Part shown: piece after piece, positions 1 to 10,097 of the stretch | Numbering within the stretch: position 1 is the first letter of the stretch | Layout of the letters: the number at the start of each line of letters is the position of its first letter | The notes under the pieces: generated by a model | What the model was told of the DNA's origin: nothing | Database searches by the model: none | Seen by the model: the letters and a program-made list of their open reading frames with translations, nothing else | Program-made: the position numbers and the translations under genes | NCBI GenBank assembly: GCA_037442105.1 | Contig: JBBIQV010000034.1 | Coordinates: 1-33,586, forward strand | Length of the DNA: 33,586 nucleotides | Direction: 5' to 3' | Source of the DNA: Nitrospiraceae bacterium | GTDB taxonomy: Bacteria; Nitrospirota; Nitrospiria; Nitrospirales; Nitrospiraceae

Positions 1-60
1 ATTTTTCAACAGGGCCTCGTGTTCACTGTTGACAGAGGCCCTATTCATGGGAGGGTCATC

Positions 61-520
61 ATGGGGAGTCGAAAGTCGAAATGGGTGAGTGGAGTCGGGG
101 CGGTGCTGGTCATCGGGGGATTAGTACTCGCGAATGTGGGGAGCGGCGTCGCGCCGGCCGGGGCGCATCCCCCGCCGAACCCCTTCGGCCAGATTCTCGC
201 CAAGCTCGAGGAGATTCTGGCAGCCATCCAAGGCATTGGCGGAGGCGGAGACGGCAACCATACCCTGCGCTGGGACACCAACAATCCGTCCGCCTCGCGC
301 TTTGGTCGACGACGAATGCCGAGAATCCCAACAGCGCGAATCGTGATCTTCGGCTTGGCTGCATGAGCCCCCTGACCGCCGAACAGCATCTTGGATTGAT
401 TGCCTAACCCTCTCCTCATCCCTCTCTCTCAGCATTCAGGAAATGGACGGCAGCTTCCCAAAACCCGTTACCACTGACGCTTGGTGCGTGCGCGGTGGCA
501 TGCATGCGGGTCAGTATTGA
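61..520 (+). pseudogene. Disrupted secreted Lcl/DUF1566 (C-type-lectin-like) family gene
   Basis: Signal-peptide-like N-terminus then GNHTLRWDTNNPSASRF (to ~303); a different frame gives WSTTNAENPNSA (303-338); the typical C-terminus AWCVRGGMHAGQY-stop is at 479-520. The central domain is missing and the frames do not join. Confidence 0.6.
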
Positions 521-731
521 AGGGAGGCAAGGGGCACAAGGCGAGAGGCAATGGACGGGGAAAGTGAGAACAGGGAGAGGCACGCGGTAAGAGGCGAGGG
601 GCGGGAAAAGCGAGAATAGGAAGAGCTGCGGCGATACGGAATTTAGAGTCTTCGCCGACTTGGTGAAAACTGGGCTCATGGCGGGCGAAGACCAGCGTTT
701 CCGGCTACGTGAGGAACACTGCGATCCACGC

Positions 732-760
732 TTGCAACCCGCTCCCATCGCTTCTATACT
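732..760 (+). promoter_or_regulatory. Sigma70-type promoter of rnpB
   Basis: TTGCAA (732-737), 17 nt spacer, TATACT (755-760), just upstream of the RNase P RNA. Confidence 0.75.
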
Positions 761-773
761 GATTTTGCGCGCA

Positions 774-1190
774 GGAGAAAACCGGGTGATCGCTCGTCGA
801 GCTTATTCGATGGGAGGAAAGTCCGGACTCCAAGGGCAGGGCGCTGGGTAACACCCAGGCGGAGCAATCCGACACCGGCACCACAGAAAACAAACCGCCG
901 ATGGCCAAGGCGATGGGATCCCCATCTGATCGCGGCGGCTCAGGTAAGGGTGAAATGGTGGGGTAAGAGCCCACCGCGTTCGTGGCGACACGGACGGCAC
1001 GGTAAGCGTCGCCCGGTGCAAGGCCAAATAGGAGGACGACCGGGTGCTCGCGCACCAGGAAAGGCCGGCCCGGCCGAAGTCCTCGGGTAGGTCGCTTGAG
1101 GCTCGGGGCAACTCGAGTCCCAGAGAAATGATCACCCCCACCCAAGCCGCAGGCGAAGGTGGGACAGAATCCGGCTTATAGGTTTCCTCC
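774..1190 (+). ncRNA. rnpB: RNase P RNA, bacterial type A
   Basis: Conserved GAGGAAAGTCCGG, CAGAAAACAAACCGCC, GTAAGGGTGAAA..GGTAAGAG, GCAAGGCCAAATAGG, AGAAATGATC and ACAGAATCCGGCTTATAG motifs; P1 pairs GGAGAAAACC with GGTTTCCTCC. Confidence 0.97.
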
Positions 1191-1431
1191 AGCGCGCCCT
1201 TTTTATCGCCCGTCGCAGTTGTCCTTCCGTCACTTTTCCGGAGCACGCTTCGACCTGATCGATCAGGACGACGGGAATACGAGTGCCGTACTGCGCGGCG
1301 AGCCGGTGGTCCTGGTCAATATCTACCTTGGTGAGCTCAAACTCAAATTCCTGTTGAAGGTGGAGCGCGATCCGATAGAGCACATCGCAGAGATGGCAAT
1401 CTTTGCGAGACAGAATGGACAGGCGAGTCAT
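1132..1431 (-). CDS. Glutaredoxin-like protein (DUF836-type)
   Basis: SRKDCHLCD CxxC motif, VDID and YGTRIPVV cis-Pro motif; ATG at 1431 chosen over the longer ORF start at 1461. Confidence 0.8.
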   Translation of the reverse strand: MTRLSILSRKDCHLCDVLYRIALHLQQEFEFELTKVDIDQDHRLAAQYGTRIPVVLIDQVEACSGKVTEGQLRRAIKRARWRKPISRILSHLRLRLGWG

Positions 1432-1515
1432 TATCGCTACGCTACCACGGTCCTCACGCATCTGTCACCGCAGGCTCGACCTCTCGACGGGGAGCGACAA
1501 AGGGGAGTAGCTCTA

Positions 1516-1544
1516 TTGACCTTGAATGTGTGCGGTGGTAGGAT
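1516..1544 (+). promoter_or_regulatory. Putative sigma70 promoter of the ilv operon
   Basis: TTGACC (1516-1521), 17 nt spacer, TAGGAT (1539-1544) with TG extension. Confidence 0.6.
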
Positions 1545-1677
1545 CGCGCATCTTTCCCATTGATTTTTCAACGAGATCGCTGCTGGTGCTGGGAGGGTTT
1601 CTTTCCGGCCCTCGGCGAAAACGGATCAGATTCCCCTCTACCGACCCCCTGTCGGTAGAGTTCGAGGGGAGGTTCAT

Positions 1678-3453
1678 ATGAAGCTGAGCGGGGCGGAAAT
1701 CTTTATCGAATGTCTACGGCGTGAAGGCGTCAAAACGATCTTTGCTTTGCCGGGAGGCGTCGTCCTGAAGATTTTCGACGTGCTTCACCAGCAGAATGAT
1801 GTGCAAGTTGTGCTGACCCGCCATGAGCAGGGTGCAGGCCATATGGCCGAAGGCTATGCCAAGGCGACGGGGAGGGCGGGAGTCGCTCTGGTGACTTCCG
1901 GGCCGGGGATGACGAATGTGATCACCGCGCTGGCCGATGCCTATATGGATTCCGTTCCGCTCGTCTGTTTCAGCGGGCAGGTGTCGACCAACCTGATCGG
2001 GAACGACGCGTTTCAGGAGGCTGATAACGTCGGCCTGAGCCGCCCTTGCACCAAATACAACTTCTTGGTCAAGGATGTGAACGATCTCGCAACGACGATC
2101 AAGGAGGCGTTCTACATTGCCACGACCGGCCGGCCCGGCCCGGTGCTCGTAGACATTCCTAAGGATGTCTCGATGAACAAGGCCGAGTTCCACTATCCCA
2201 ACTCGGTCTCGATTCGCGGATATAACCCGACCTACGAGGGGAACAAGTGGCAGATCAAGCAGGCTGCCGAGGCCATCATGAAGGCCAAAAAGCCGGTCCT
2301 CTATGTAGGTGGGGGCGTGGTCTTTTCGGGGGCGTCGCAGGAGTTGCTCGAGTTGGCGGAGATGACGCACATTCCCGTGGATATGACCCTGATGGGGCTC
2401 GGCGCATTTCCCGGCGAGCACCCGTTATCCATGGGCATGATGGGGATGCATGGCACCTATTGGGCCAACATGGCGGTGCATTATTCCGATCTCGTGATCG
2501 CCGTCGGCGCCCGCTTCGATGACCGGGTTACGGGCAAGGTCTCGGAGTTCTGTCCCTACGCGAAGATCATTCACATCGACATCGATCCGACGTCGATTCG
2601 GAAAAACATCCACGTCGATATTCCGATCGTGGGCGATTGCAAGACGGTGCTGCGGGAATTGAATCAGATCCTATGCGCCACCGTGAACGGCGATCAGGAA
2701 GAATTGCGAAAGCCTTGGTGGGATCAGATTCGGGAGTGGCAAAAGGCGCACCCGTTGGCCTATCAGCAGGAGACCGATGGGCCGATCAAGCCGCAACACG
2801 TCATCAAGCGGCTCTACGAGCTGACCAAAGATCGCGATCCGATCGTCTCAACCGACGTGGGCCAGCATCAGATGTGGACGGCTCAGTATTTCAAGCTGGC
2901 GAAGCCGAACCGGTTCTTGACCTCCGGCGGTCTTGGCACGATGGGGTTCGGGTTCCCTGCGGCGATGGGCGCCCAGGCGGCTTTCCCCGGCCGACTGGTC
3001 CTTTGTGTCGCCGGCGACGGCAGCGTGCAGATGAATATGCAGGAAATGGCGACGGCTGTTGTGAGCAAGCTGCCGGTGAAGGTCGTCATTCTCAACAACC
3101 GGTTCCACGGTATGGTGCGCCAGTGGCAAGATCTCTTCTACGAAGGCCGCTATGCCTCCAGTTACCTGAATACGACGCCGGATTTTGTGAAGCTGGCGGA
3201 GGCTTACGGTGCGGTGGGTTTGCGGGCGAGTAAGGCGGCCGAGCTGGACGACGTGCTCAAAGAAGCGATCAGCGTCGACAAGCCGGTGGTTGTGGATGTG
3301 CCGACGCATCCCTATGAAAATTGCTATCCCATGATTCCCGCCGGTGGGTGCAACCACGAAATGATTCTGGAAGATCCGCCGGAGTTGAAACAGAAGCAGG
3401 CCACGGCGGGGAAAGTGGTCCCGGAGGACAAGGACACGATCTTAACGGCGTGA
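1678..3453 (+). CDS. ilvB: Acetolactate synthase large subunit
   Basis: RHEQGAGHMAEGYA, TSGPG, TDVGQHQMW and GDGS..NN TPP motif; GGAGG SD upstream. Confidence 0.97.
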   Translation: MKLSGAEIFIECLRREGVKTIFALPGGVVLKIFDVLHQQNDVQVVLTRHEQGAGHMAEGYAKATGRAGVALVTSGPGMTNVITALADAYMDSVPLVCFSGQVSTNLIGNDAFQEADNVGLSRPCTKYNFLVKDVNDLATTIKEAFYIATTGRPGPVLVDIPKDVSMNKAEFHYPNSVSIRGYNPTYEGNKWQIKQAAEAIMKAKKPVLYVGGGVVFSGASQELLELAEMTHIPVDMTLMGLGAFPGEHPLSMGMMGMHGTYWANMAVHYSDLVIAVGARFDDRVTGKVSEFCPYAKIIHIDIDPTSIRKNIHVDIPIVGDCKTVLRELNQILCATVNGDQEELRKPWWDQIREWQKAHPLAYQQETDGPIKPQHVIKRLYELTKDRDPIVSTDVGQHQMWTAQYFKLAKPNRFLTSGGLGTMGFGFPAAMGAQAAFPGRLVLCVAGDGSVQMNMQEMATAVVSKLPVKVVILNNRFHGMVRQWQDLFYEGRYASSYLNTTPDFVKLAEAYGAVGLRASKAAELDDVLKEAISVDKPVVVDVPTHPYENCYPMIPAGGCNHEMILEDPPELKQKQATAGKVVPEDKDTILTA

Positions 3454-3458
3454 GCAGG

Positions 3459-3525
3459 TAGCGAATAGCGAACAGCGAGTAGTTCGGAGTTTCCGGCTGT
3501 TCGCTACCGGCTATTCGCTGTTGGC
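3459..3525. repeat. Heptamer-periodic imperfect inverted repeat
   Basis: TAGCGAA TAGCGAA CAGCGAG followed by complementary CTGTTCG CTACCGG CTATTCG CTGTTGG. Confidence 0.6.
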
Positions 3526-3532
3526 TGATTCT

Positions 3533-4051
3533 ATGGAACACATCATCTCGGTTACGGTGGAAAACAAGTTCGGCGTGTTGTCGAGAGTGGCGGGACTCTT
3601 CAGCGGACGAGGGTTCAACATCGAGAGCCTGTCGGTCGCGCCGACGCTCGATCCGTCGATGTCGCAGATGACGATCGTGACTTCCGGTGATGATCGCATC
3701 ATCGAGCAAATCGTCAAGCAGTTGAACAAGCTCATCGACGTGATCAAGGTCGTGGACCTCAACGAAAGCGAGTTCGTCTCCCGCGAGACGGCGTTGATCA
3801 AGGTCCACACCAGAGATGAAGACCGAGCTGAAGCGCTCCGCATTGCCGACATTTTTCGCGCGAACGTCATCGACTCGACCCCGACCACCTATACGATCGA
3901 GGTGTCGGGCGACCTGAAAAAGATCGAAGCGATTATTAACCTGCTACAGCCGCTCGGCATCAAGGAACTGGTGCGGACCGGTCGCGTGGCGATCGCCCGC
4001 GAGCCGATCCGGCCTGCGGTGGTTCAACCCAAGCGAGTTGCGAAGGAATAA
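3533..4051 (+). CDS. ilvN: Acetolactate synthase small regulatory subunit
   Basis: MEHIISVTVENKFGVLSRVAGLFSGRGFNIESL ACT domain; follows ilvB. Confidence 0.96.
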   Translation: MEHIISVTVENKFGVLSRVAGLFSGRGFNIESLSVAPTLDPSMSQMTIVTSGDDRIIEQIVKQLNKLIDVIKVVDLNESEFVSRETALIKVHTRDEDRAEALRIADIFRANVIDSTPTTYTIEVSGDLKKIEAIINLLQPLGIKELVRTGRVAIAREPIRPAVVQPKRVAKE

Positions 4052-5080
<1,029 letters not shown>

Positions 5081-5141
5081 GAATGTAGTAATAACTCGCT
5101 CCGATCACTCATCACACATCAGCACCCACTGTGTTACTCAG

Positions 5142-5792
5142 ATGGCGGACCGCGCGGTTGGCATCCCGATCGTGAAAGAAGGGCTTCCCTTTGTAGGAAG
5201 CATGGGAGGTTTGGCGCTCTTGACGGGATGGTTCGGTTGGCCTGTGGTGGCCGTGCTGTTCGGCGGGCTGGCGATCTTCACGGCCTGGTTTTTCAGGAAT
5301 CCCCAACGGATCATTCCGCAGGGGCGGGGAGTGGTTGTCGCTCCGGGCGACGGGCGGGTGATCGCAATCGATGAAGAATACGAGCCGCGGTTCCTGAAAG
5401 AGAAAAGCATTCGCCTCAGCATTTTCTTGAACGTGTTCGATGTTCACGTGAACCGCATTCCCTGCGAAGGAGCCGTCGAGGATGTCGTCTATCAGCCGGG
5501 ACAGTTTCTGGTCGCCAGCCGTCCCGATGCGACGATCAGGAATGAGCAGAATGCGCTCATGTTGAGGACCGTCTCCGGTGCAAAGGTGCTTTGCGTGCAG
5601 GTAGCCGGTTTGATCGCCCGGCGCATTGTCTGTTGGGTATCGCCAGGCGATTGCGTGCAGCGGGGCGAGCGGTTCGGTCTCATTCGGTTCGGCTCGCGGA
5701 TGGATACCTTCTTGCCGTTGGGTACGGTATTACGAGTCGGCGTGGGGGACCGGGTCAAGGGCGGAGAAACCATTGTAGGAGAACTCCGATGA
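5142..5792 (+). CDS. psd: Phosphatidylserine decarboxylase proenzyme
   Basis: FFRNP, DVHVNR, GLIARRI and RFGSR self-cleavage motif; ATG at 5142 chosen. Confidence 0.92.
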   Translation: MADRAVGIPIVKEGLPFVGSMGGLALLTGWFGWPVVAVLFGGLAIFTAWFFRNPQRIIPQGRGVVVAPGDGRVIAIDEEYEPRFLKEKSIRLSIFLNVFDVHVNRIPCEGAVEDVVYQPGQFLVASRPDATIRNEQNALMLRTVSGAKVLCVQVAGLIARRIVCWVSPGDCVQRGERFGLIRFGSRMDTFLPLGTVLRVGVGDRVKGGETIVGELR

Positions 5793-6595
5793 AAGGATCA
5801 GGGTTCCGAAACGCCTTTGCGAAGGACGGAAAGCGACGCCGAGCGGTCCATCTGATTCCCAACCTCTTTACGACCGGCAACCTGTTTTGCGGCGTCTTCG
5901 CCATCTTATCGGTTTTCAATGCGAACTATATGGCGGCGGCGATCGCCATCCTCGTCGCAATGGTGTTCGATGTATTGGATGGGAAATCGGCTCGCCTGAC
6001 GAACAGCACGAGTCAGTTCGGGCTGGAATACGACTCCCTCTCCGATGTAGTGTCGTTCGGTGTGGCTCCCGGTCTATTGATCTATTCATGGGCTTTGAGC
6101 GGGCAAGGGATGTTCGGAGCCGCGGTGATGTTCGCGTACGTCGCGCTCGGAGCCGTTCGTCTGGCTCGGTTCAATGCGACGGTGGCGAATGCGGACAGCA
6201 AGTATTTTACGGGTCTTGCGATTCCGGCCGCCGCCGGCGTGGTGGCCTCGCTGGTGATCTTCGATCACCATATCGTTCGAATGGGAGCGGAGGTCAAGCC
6301 GCTGCTGATTTTGGTCATTACGCTCACGCTGGCGTTCCTTATGGTCAGCACGGTCAAGTATCGGAGCTTCAAGGATCTCAAGTTCCGCGGCAGACAACAT
6401 TTCACGTATCTGGTCTGGGGCATTCTTGGGCTTATGCTGATTGTGGCCTGGCCCCAAGTCATGTTATTTGTGATTTTTGCAGGGTATGCGCTGTCCGGGC
6501 CGGTGGAACGCGCCTTCAGTTTCCTGGTGAAGCTGCTCGTCAAGAAGCGAGGAGCACCCAAATCCGACGTGCCGGCTTTGGGCACGAAAGAGTAA
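5789..6595 (+). CDS. pssA: CDP-diacylglycerol--serine O-phosphatidyltransferase
   Basis: PNLFT, DVLDGKSAR...FGLEYDSLSD CDP-alcohol phosphotransferase motif, RLARFN; ATGA overlap with psd. Confidence 0.93.
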   Translation: MKGSGFRNAFAKDGKRRRAVHLIPNLFTTGNLFCGVFAILSVFNANYMAAAIAILVAMVFDVLDGKSARLTNSTSQFGLEYDSLSDVVSFGVAPGLLIYSWALSGQGMFGAAVMFAYVALGAVRLARFNATVANADSKYFTGLAIPAAAGVVASLVIFDHHIVRMGAEVKPLLILVITLTLAFLMVSTVKYRSFKDLKFRGRQHFTYLVWGILGLMLIVAWPQVMLFVIFAGYALSGPVERAFSFLVKLLVKKRGAPKSDVPALGTKE

Positions 6596-6596
6596 C

Positions 6597-6856
6597 GGCG
6601 ACGACGAGGAGTAGTAGGCGGTGCTGCAGGAACCGAGAGAGCTGGTGGACGGTGCAAACCAGCCCGCAGATCGCTGAACTCGCCTCTGAGCCGGGCCCGT
6701 GAAACGATCGAAGTAATGGGCTCCGCATCACCCCCGTGAAGGGTGCTAATGGAGGGCGAAGGGCAATCAGAATCGGTTGCCTGTCACCGAATCAGGGTGG
6801 TACCACGAAGCGCGCGAAGCCTTCGTCCCTGGCGGGATGGAGGCTTTTGTTTTTTT
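6597..6856 (+). promoter_or_regulatory. T-box riboswitch with Leu (CUC) specifier, upstream of leuA
   Basis: Stem I with AGTA and AGAGA motifs, GAA-CTC specifier (CTC 6679-6681), T-box AATCAGGGTGGTACCACG (6790-6807), antiterminator CAGGG/CCCTG plus ACGAAG/CTTCGT, and overlapping terminator. Confidence 0.92.
6817..6856 (+). terminator. Intrinsic terminator of the T-box leader
   Basis: AAGCCTTCGTCCC-TGGC-GGGATGGAGGCTT hairpin followed by TTGTTTTTTT. Confidence 0.88.
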
Positions 6857-6944
6857 AGCTAAAATCGTGCTGGCGAGTAGCTAGCAGTGAATAGCGAGTA
6901 GCTCCGGAACTACGGGCTGCTCGCTCAAGGAGAGAGGTGCTGCT

Positions 6945-8492
6945 ATGACACGGATGATTCGGATCTTCGATACGACGTTACGGGATGGGGAGCAGTCGCC
7001 CGGTGCGAGCATGAATGTGGAAGAGAAAGTCATGGTCGCCAAGCAGCTTGCCCGCCTCGGAGTCGATATCATCGAAGCTGGGTTTGCCTATAGTTCGCCG
7101 GGCGACTTCGAGGCGGTCCGGCGCATCGCTCAGGAGGTCGAAGGGCCGACGATCTGCAGCCTGGCGCGTGCGCGTCCCGAGGATATCGATCGTGCCTGGG
7201 AGGCGCTCAAAGGAGCGCCCAAGATCCGGATTCATACCTTCTTGTCTGCTTCGGATATCCACCTCAAGCATCAATTCCGTATGACGAGGGAAGAAGCCAA
7301 GAAGCGGGCGGTGGAGATGGTGCAGCGTGCCCGCAGTTATGTGGACGATGTGGAGTTTTCGCCGATGGACGCGAGCCGCTCCGATCCGTCCTACCTGTAT
7401 GAAGTGGTGGAAGCGGTGATTGAGGCGGGCGCGGGAACGATCAACATTCCGGACACCGTCGGCTATGCCATCCCTCAGGAGTTCGGAAAACTCATTCGAG
7501 GCATTCGCGAGCGGGTGCCGAACAGCACCAAGGCCATCATCTCCGTCCATTGCCATAACGATCTCGGCTTGGCGGTGGCGAACAGCTTGGCCGCCGTCAT
7601 GGAGGGAGCCGGTCAGGTGGAATGCACGATCAACGGGATCGGGGAACGGGCCGGCAACACCTCATTGGAAGAGGTCGTCATGGGGTTGCGCACGCGCAAG
7701 GACTTCTATGGTGCTGATACCAAGATCAATACGGAGGAGATTTCGAAGACAAGCCGGCTCGTCAGCAAGATCACCGGTATGGTCGTCCAGCCTAACAAAG
7801 CGATCGTGGGGGCGAACGCCTTTGCCCATACGTCCGGCATTCACCAGGATGGACTACTGAAGGAGAAAACTACCTATGAAATCATGCGCCCGGAGTCGAT
7901 CGGTTTGGTGCAAAGCAAGATGGTGATGGGGAAGTTGTCCGGGCGTCACGCGTTCCGTCAGCGACTGGAAGAGCTGGGGTACAAGCTGTCCGATGAAGAA
8001 GTGAATCACGCCTTCGAGCGATTCAAGCGGCTGGCCGACCAAAAGAAGGAAATCTACGAGGAAGATCTCGAAGTGATCATTTCGGAGGAGATCGCCAAGA
8101 TGTCCGAGCGCGTGGTGCTGAAATCGTTCGCCGTCGAGAGCGGAACGCACAAGGTGCCGACCGCGACGGTTGAATTGGAGATCGATGGAAAGCCGCTTAA
8201 ACATACCGGCACCGGCGATGGCCCGGTAGACGCGGTCTACCGGACGATCTCCGCGATGACCCAGACCAAGAGCCGGCTCGTCATGTACGCGGTCAACGCC
8301 ATCACGGGTGGGACCGATGCGCAGGGCGAGGTTTCCGTCCGGTTGGAGGAAGGTGAGCGAACGGTTTCCGGCCATGGCGCCGATACGGATATCATCACGG
8401 CATCGGCGAAAGCCTACCTCAATGCGTTGAACAAGCTGGCATATTTCTCCTCGAAACAAGCTGAGGGTATGCAGAAGGTCAGCTTGATTTGA
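6945..8492 (+). CDS. leuA: 2-isopropylmalate synthase
   Basis: [34 protein letters not shown] and C-terminal GDGPVDA regulatory domain. Confidence 0.97.
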   Translation: MTRMIRIFDTTLRDGEQSPGASMNVEEKVMVAKQLARLGVDIIEAGFAYSSPGDFEAVRRIAQEVEGPTICSLARARPEDIDRAWEALKGAPKIRIHTFLSASDIHLKHQFRMTREEAKKRAVEMVQRARSYVDDVEFSPMDASRSDPSYLYEVVEAVIEAGAGTINIPDTVGYAIPQEFGKLIRGIRERVPNSTKAIISVHCHNDLGLAVANSLAAVMEGAGQVECTINGIGERAGNTSLEEVVMGLRTRKDFYGADTKINTEEISKTSRLVSKITGMVVQPNKAIVGANAFAHTSGIHQDGLLKEKTTYEIMRPESIGLVQSKMVMGKLSGRHAFRQRLEELGYKLSDEEVNHAFERFKRLADQKKEIYEEDLEVIISEEIAKMSERVVLKSFAVESGTHKVPTATVELEIDGKPLKHTGTGDGPVDAVYRTISAMTQTKSRLVMYAVNAITGGTDAQGEVSVRLEEGERTVSGHGADTDIITASAKAYLNALNKLAYFSSKQAEGMQKVSLI

Positions 8493-8555
8493 GCGTGGTC
8501 TCAGGGTACAGTGGCCACCCCGTTGAGCGAGTCTTTTGAACATCCTGGTTCTGTC

Positions 8556-8918
8556 ATGTTTAAAACGACCTTGAGCGAATGCCATGAATTCCTCGCCGGA
8601 GACCATACGGTCCTGCGAGAGCTGCTCCATCCGGCGAAGCACTCGTTGCGGCTCGGCTACAGCTTGGCTCATGGGCGCCTGGAGCCTGGGAAGCGGTCGA
8701 AGTGGCACCGGCTGGCCTCCTCGGAGGTCTACTACTTTCTGGCCGGCGCCGGAGTCTTCACGGTCGATGACCGGTCAGTGCCGGTGATGTCCGGCACCAC
8801 GGTATATGTTCCGCCCGGCGCGAAGCAGTCGCTGGTAAATGACGGACCATCTGCCATTGAGTTCCTGTGCATGGTCGATCCGGCCTGGCGAAGCCAGGAT
8901 GAAGAGGTGTTGGAATAA
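8556..8918 (+). CDS. Cupin-domain protein
   Basis: LEPGKRSKWH...EVYYFLAG...VYVPPGAKQ cupin motifs; ATG at 8556 chosen. Confidence 0.85.
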   Translation: MFKTTLSECHEFLAGDHTVLRELLHPAKHSLRLGYSLAHGRLEPGKRSKWHRLASSEVYYFLAGAGVFTVDDRSVPVMSGTTVYVPPGAKQSLVNDGPSAIEFLCMVDPAWRSQDEEVLE

Positions 8919-8975
8919 CGGGGTGTCCGGAGTGCCCTTCGTGCTCGCGCAGTCAAGGGCACTCCGGACACCCCG
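8919..8975. repeat. Perfect 21-bp inverted repeat
   Basis: CGGGGTGTCCGGAGTGCCCTT (8919-8939) and AAGGGCACTCCGGACACCCCG (8955-8975), 15-nt loop, no U-tract. Confidence 0.9.
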
Positions 8976-9002
8976 CTGAAGAGAAGGGAAGGAGCAGGGA
9001 AA

Positions 9003-10079
9003 TTGAAAGCGAAAATAGCGGTGCTGGCAGGAGATGGGGTGGGGCGTGAGATCGTGCCCGAAGCGGTCAAAACGCTCAAGGCTGTGGCGGACTGGTATGG
9101 CCACACCTTTGAATTTGCGGCGGGAGATGTCGGGGGCCAGGCAATTGATAAAGTGGGTGTTCCCCTTCCTCAGGAGACGCTGGCGCTGGCCAAGCAGAGC
9201 GACGCGGTGCTGCTCGGCGCGGTGGGAGGACCGAAATGGGAGGGGCTGGAGTACAGCCTGCGTCCGGAGCGGGCGTTGTTGGGTCTGCGGGAACAGCTTG
9301 GCCTCTATGCCAACCTGCGGCCGGCCAAGCTCTACCCGATGCTGGCGGATGCCTCCACGCTCAAGCGCGAGGTTATTGAGGGGATCGATGTGTTGGTGGT
9401 GCGTGAACTGACCGGCGGGATTTATTTCGGAAAGCCGAAAGGGATCGAAAAGCTGCCGAACGGCGGCGAACGGGGCATTAACACCGAGGTGTATACAACG
9501 GATGAAATTCGCCGTATTGCGAAGATTGCATTCGAGGCGGCACGGAAGCGGCGGCGAAAGGTCACGTCCGTGGACAAGGCCAATGTCCTGGAATCGTCGG
9601 AACTGTGGAGGCGCGTGGTCACCGAGGTCCACAAGAAGGATTATCCGGACGTAGAATTAAGCCATATCTACGTCGATAACTGCGCCATGCAGCTTGTCCG
9701 GAACCCACGGCAGTTCGATGTGCTGCTCTGCAACAACATTTTCGGCGACATCCTCAGCGACGAGGCGGCGATGCTGACCGGGTCGATCGGCATGCTGCCA
9801 TCCGCCAGTGTAGGGGCGCAGGTGGGGTTGTTTGAACCGATCCATGGGAGCGCTCCGGACATTGCCGGGAAGAACATCGCGAACCCGATCGCAACCATCG
9901 CCTCAGCCGCTATGATGCTGTCCTATGCCTTCCAGTTGGAGAAGGAAGCAGAAGCTGTCGAGCGGGCCATCACGAAGGCGCTCGATCTCGGCTATCGTAC
10001 GAAAGATATTACCAGCCAGGGTATGCGGTTGGTCGGGACGGCTGAAATGGGCGACGCGATTCTCAGGAATCTGTCGTAG
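9003..10079 (+). CDS. leuB: 3-isopropylmalate dehydrogenase
   Basis: [55 protein letters not shown] start. Confidence 0.97.
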   Translation: MKAKIAVLAGDGVGREIVPEAVKTLKAVADWYGHTFEFAAGDVGGQAIDKVGVPLPQETLALAKQSDAVLLGAVGGPKWEGLEYSLRPERALLGLREQLGLYANLRPAKLYPMLADASTLKREVIEGIDVLVVRELTGGIYFGKPKGIEKLPNGGERGINTEVYTTDEIRRIAKIAFEAARKRRRKVTSVDKANVLESSELWRRVVTEVHKKDYPDVELSHIYVDNCAMQLVRNPRQFDVLLCNNIFGDILSDEAAMLTGSIGMLPSASVGAQVGLFEPIHGSAPDIAGKNIANPIATIASAAMMLSYAFQLEKEAEAVERAITKALDLGYRTKDITSQGMRLVGTAEMGDAILRNLS

Positions 10080-10097
10080 GCCTATCAGGGTTGGGCA

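Noticed and set aside
705..1246. 146-aa and 147-aa minus-strand ORFs
   Set aside because: Antisense shadows of rnpB.
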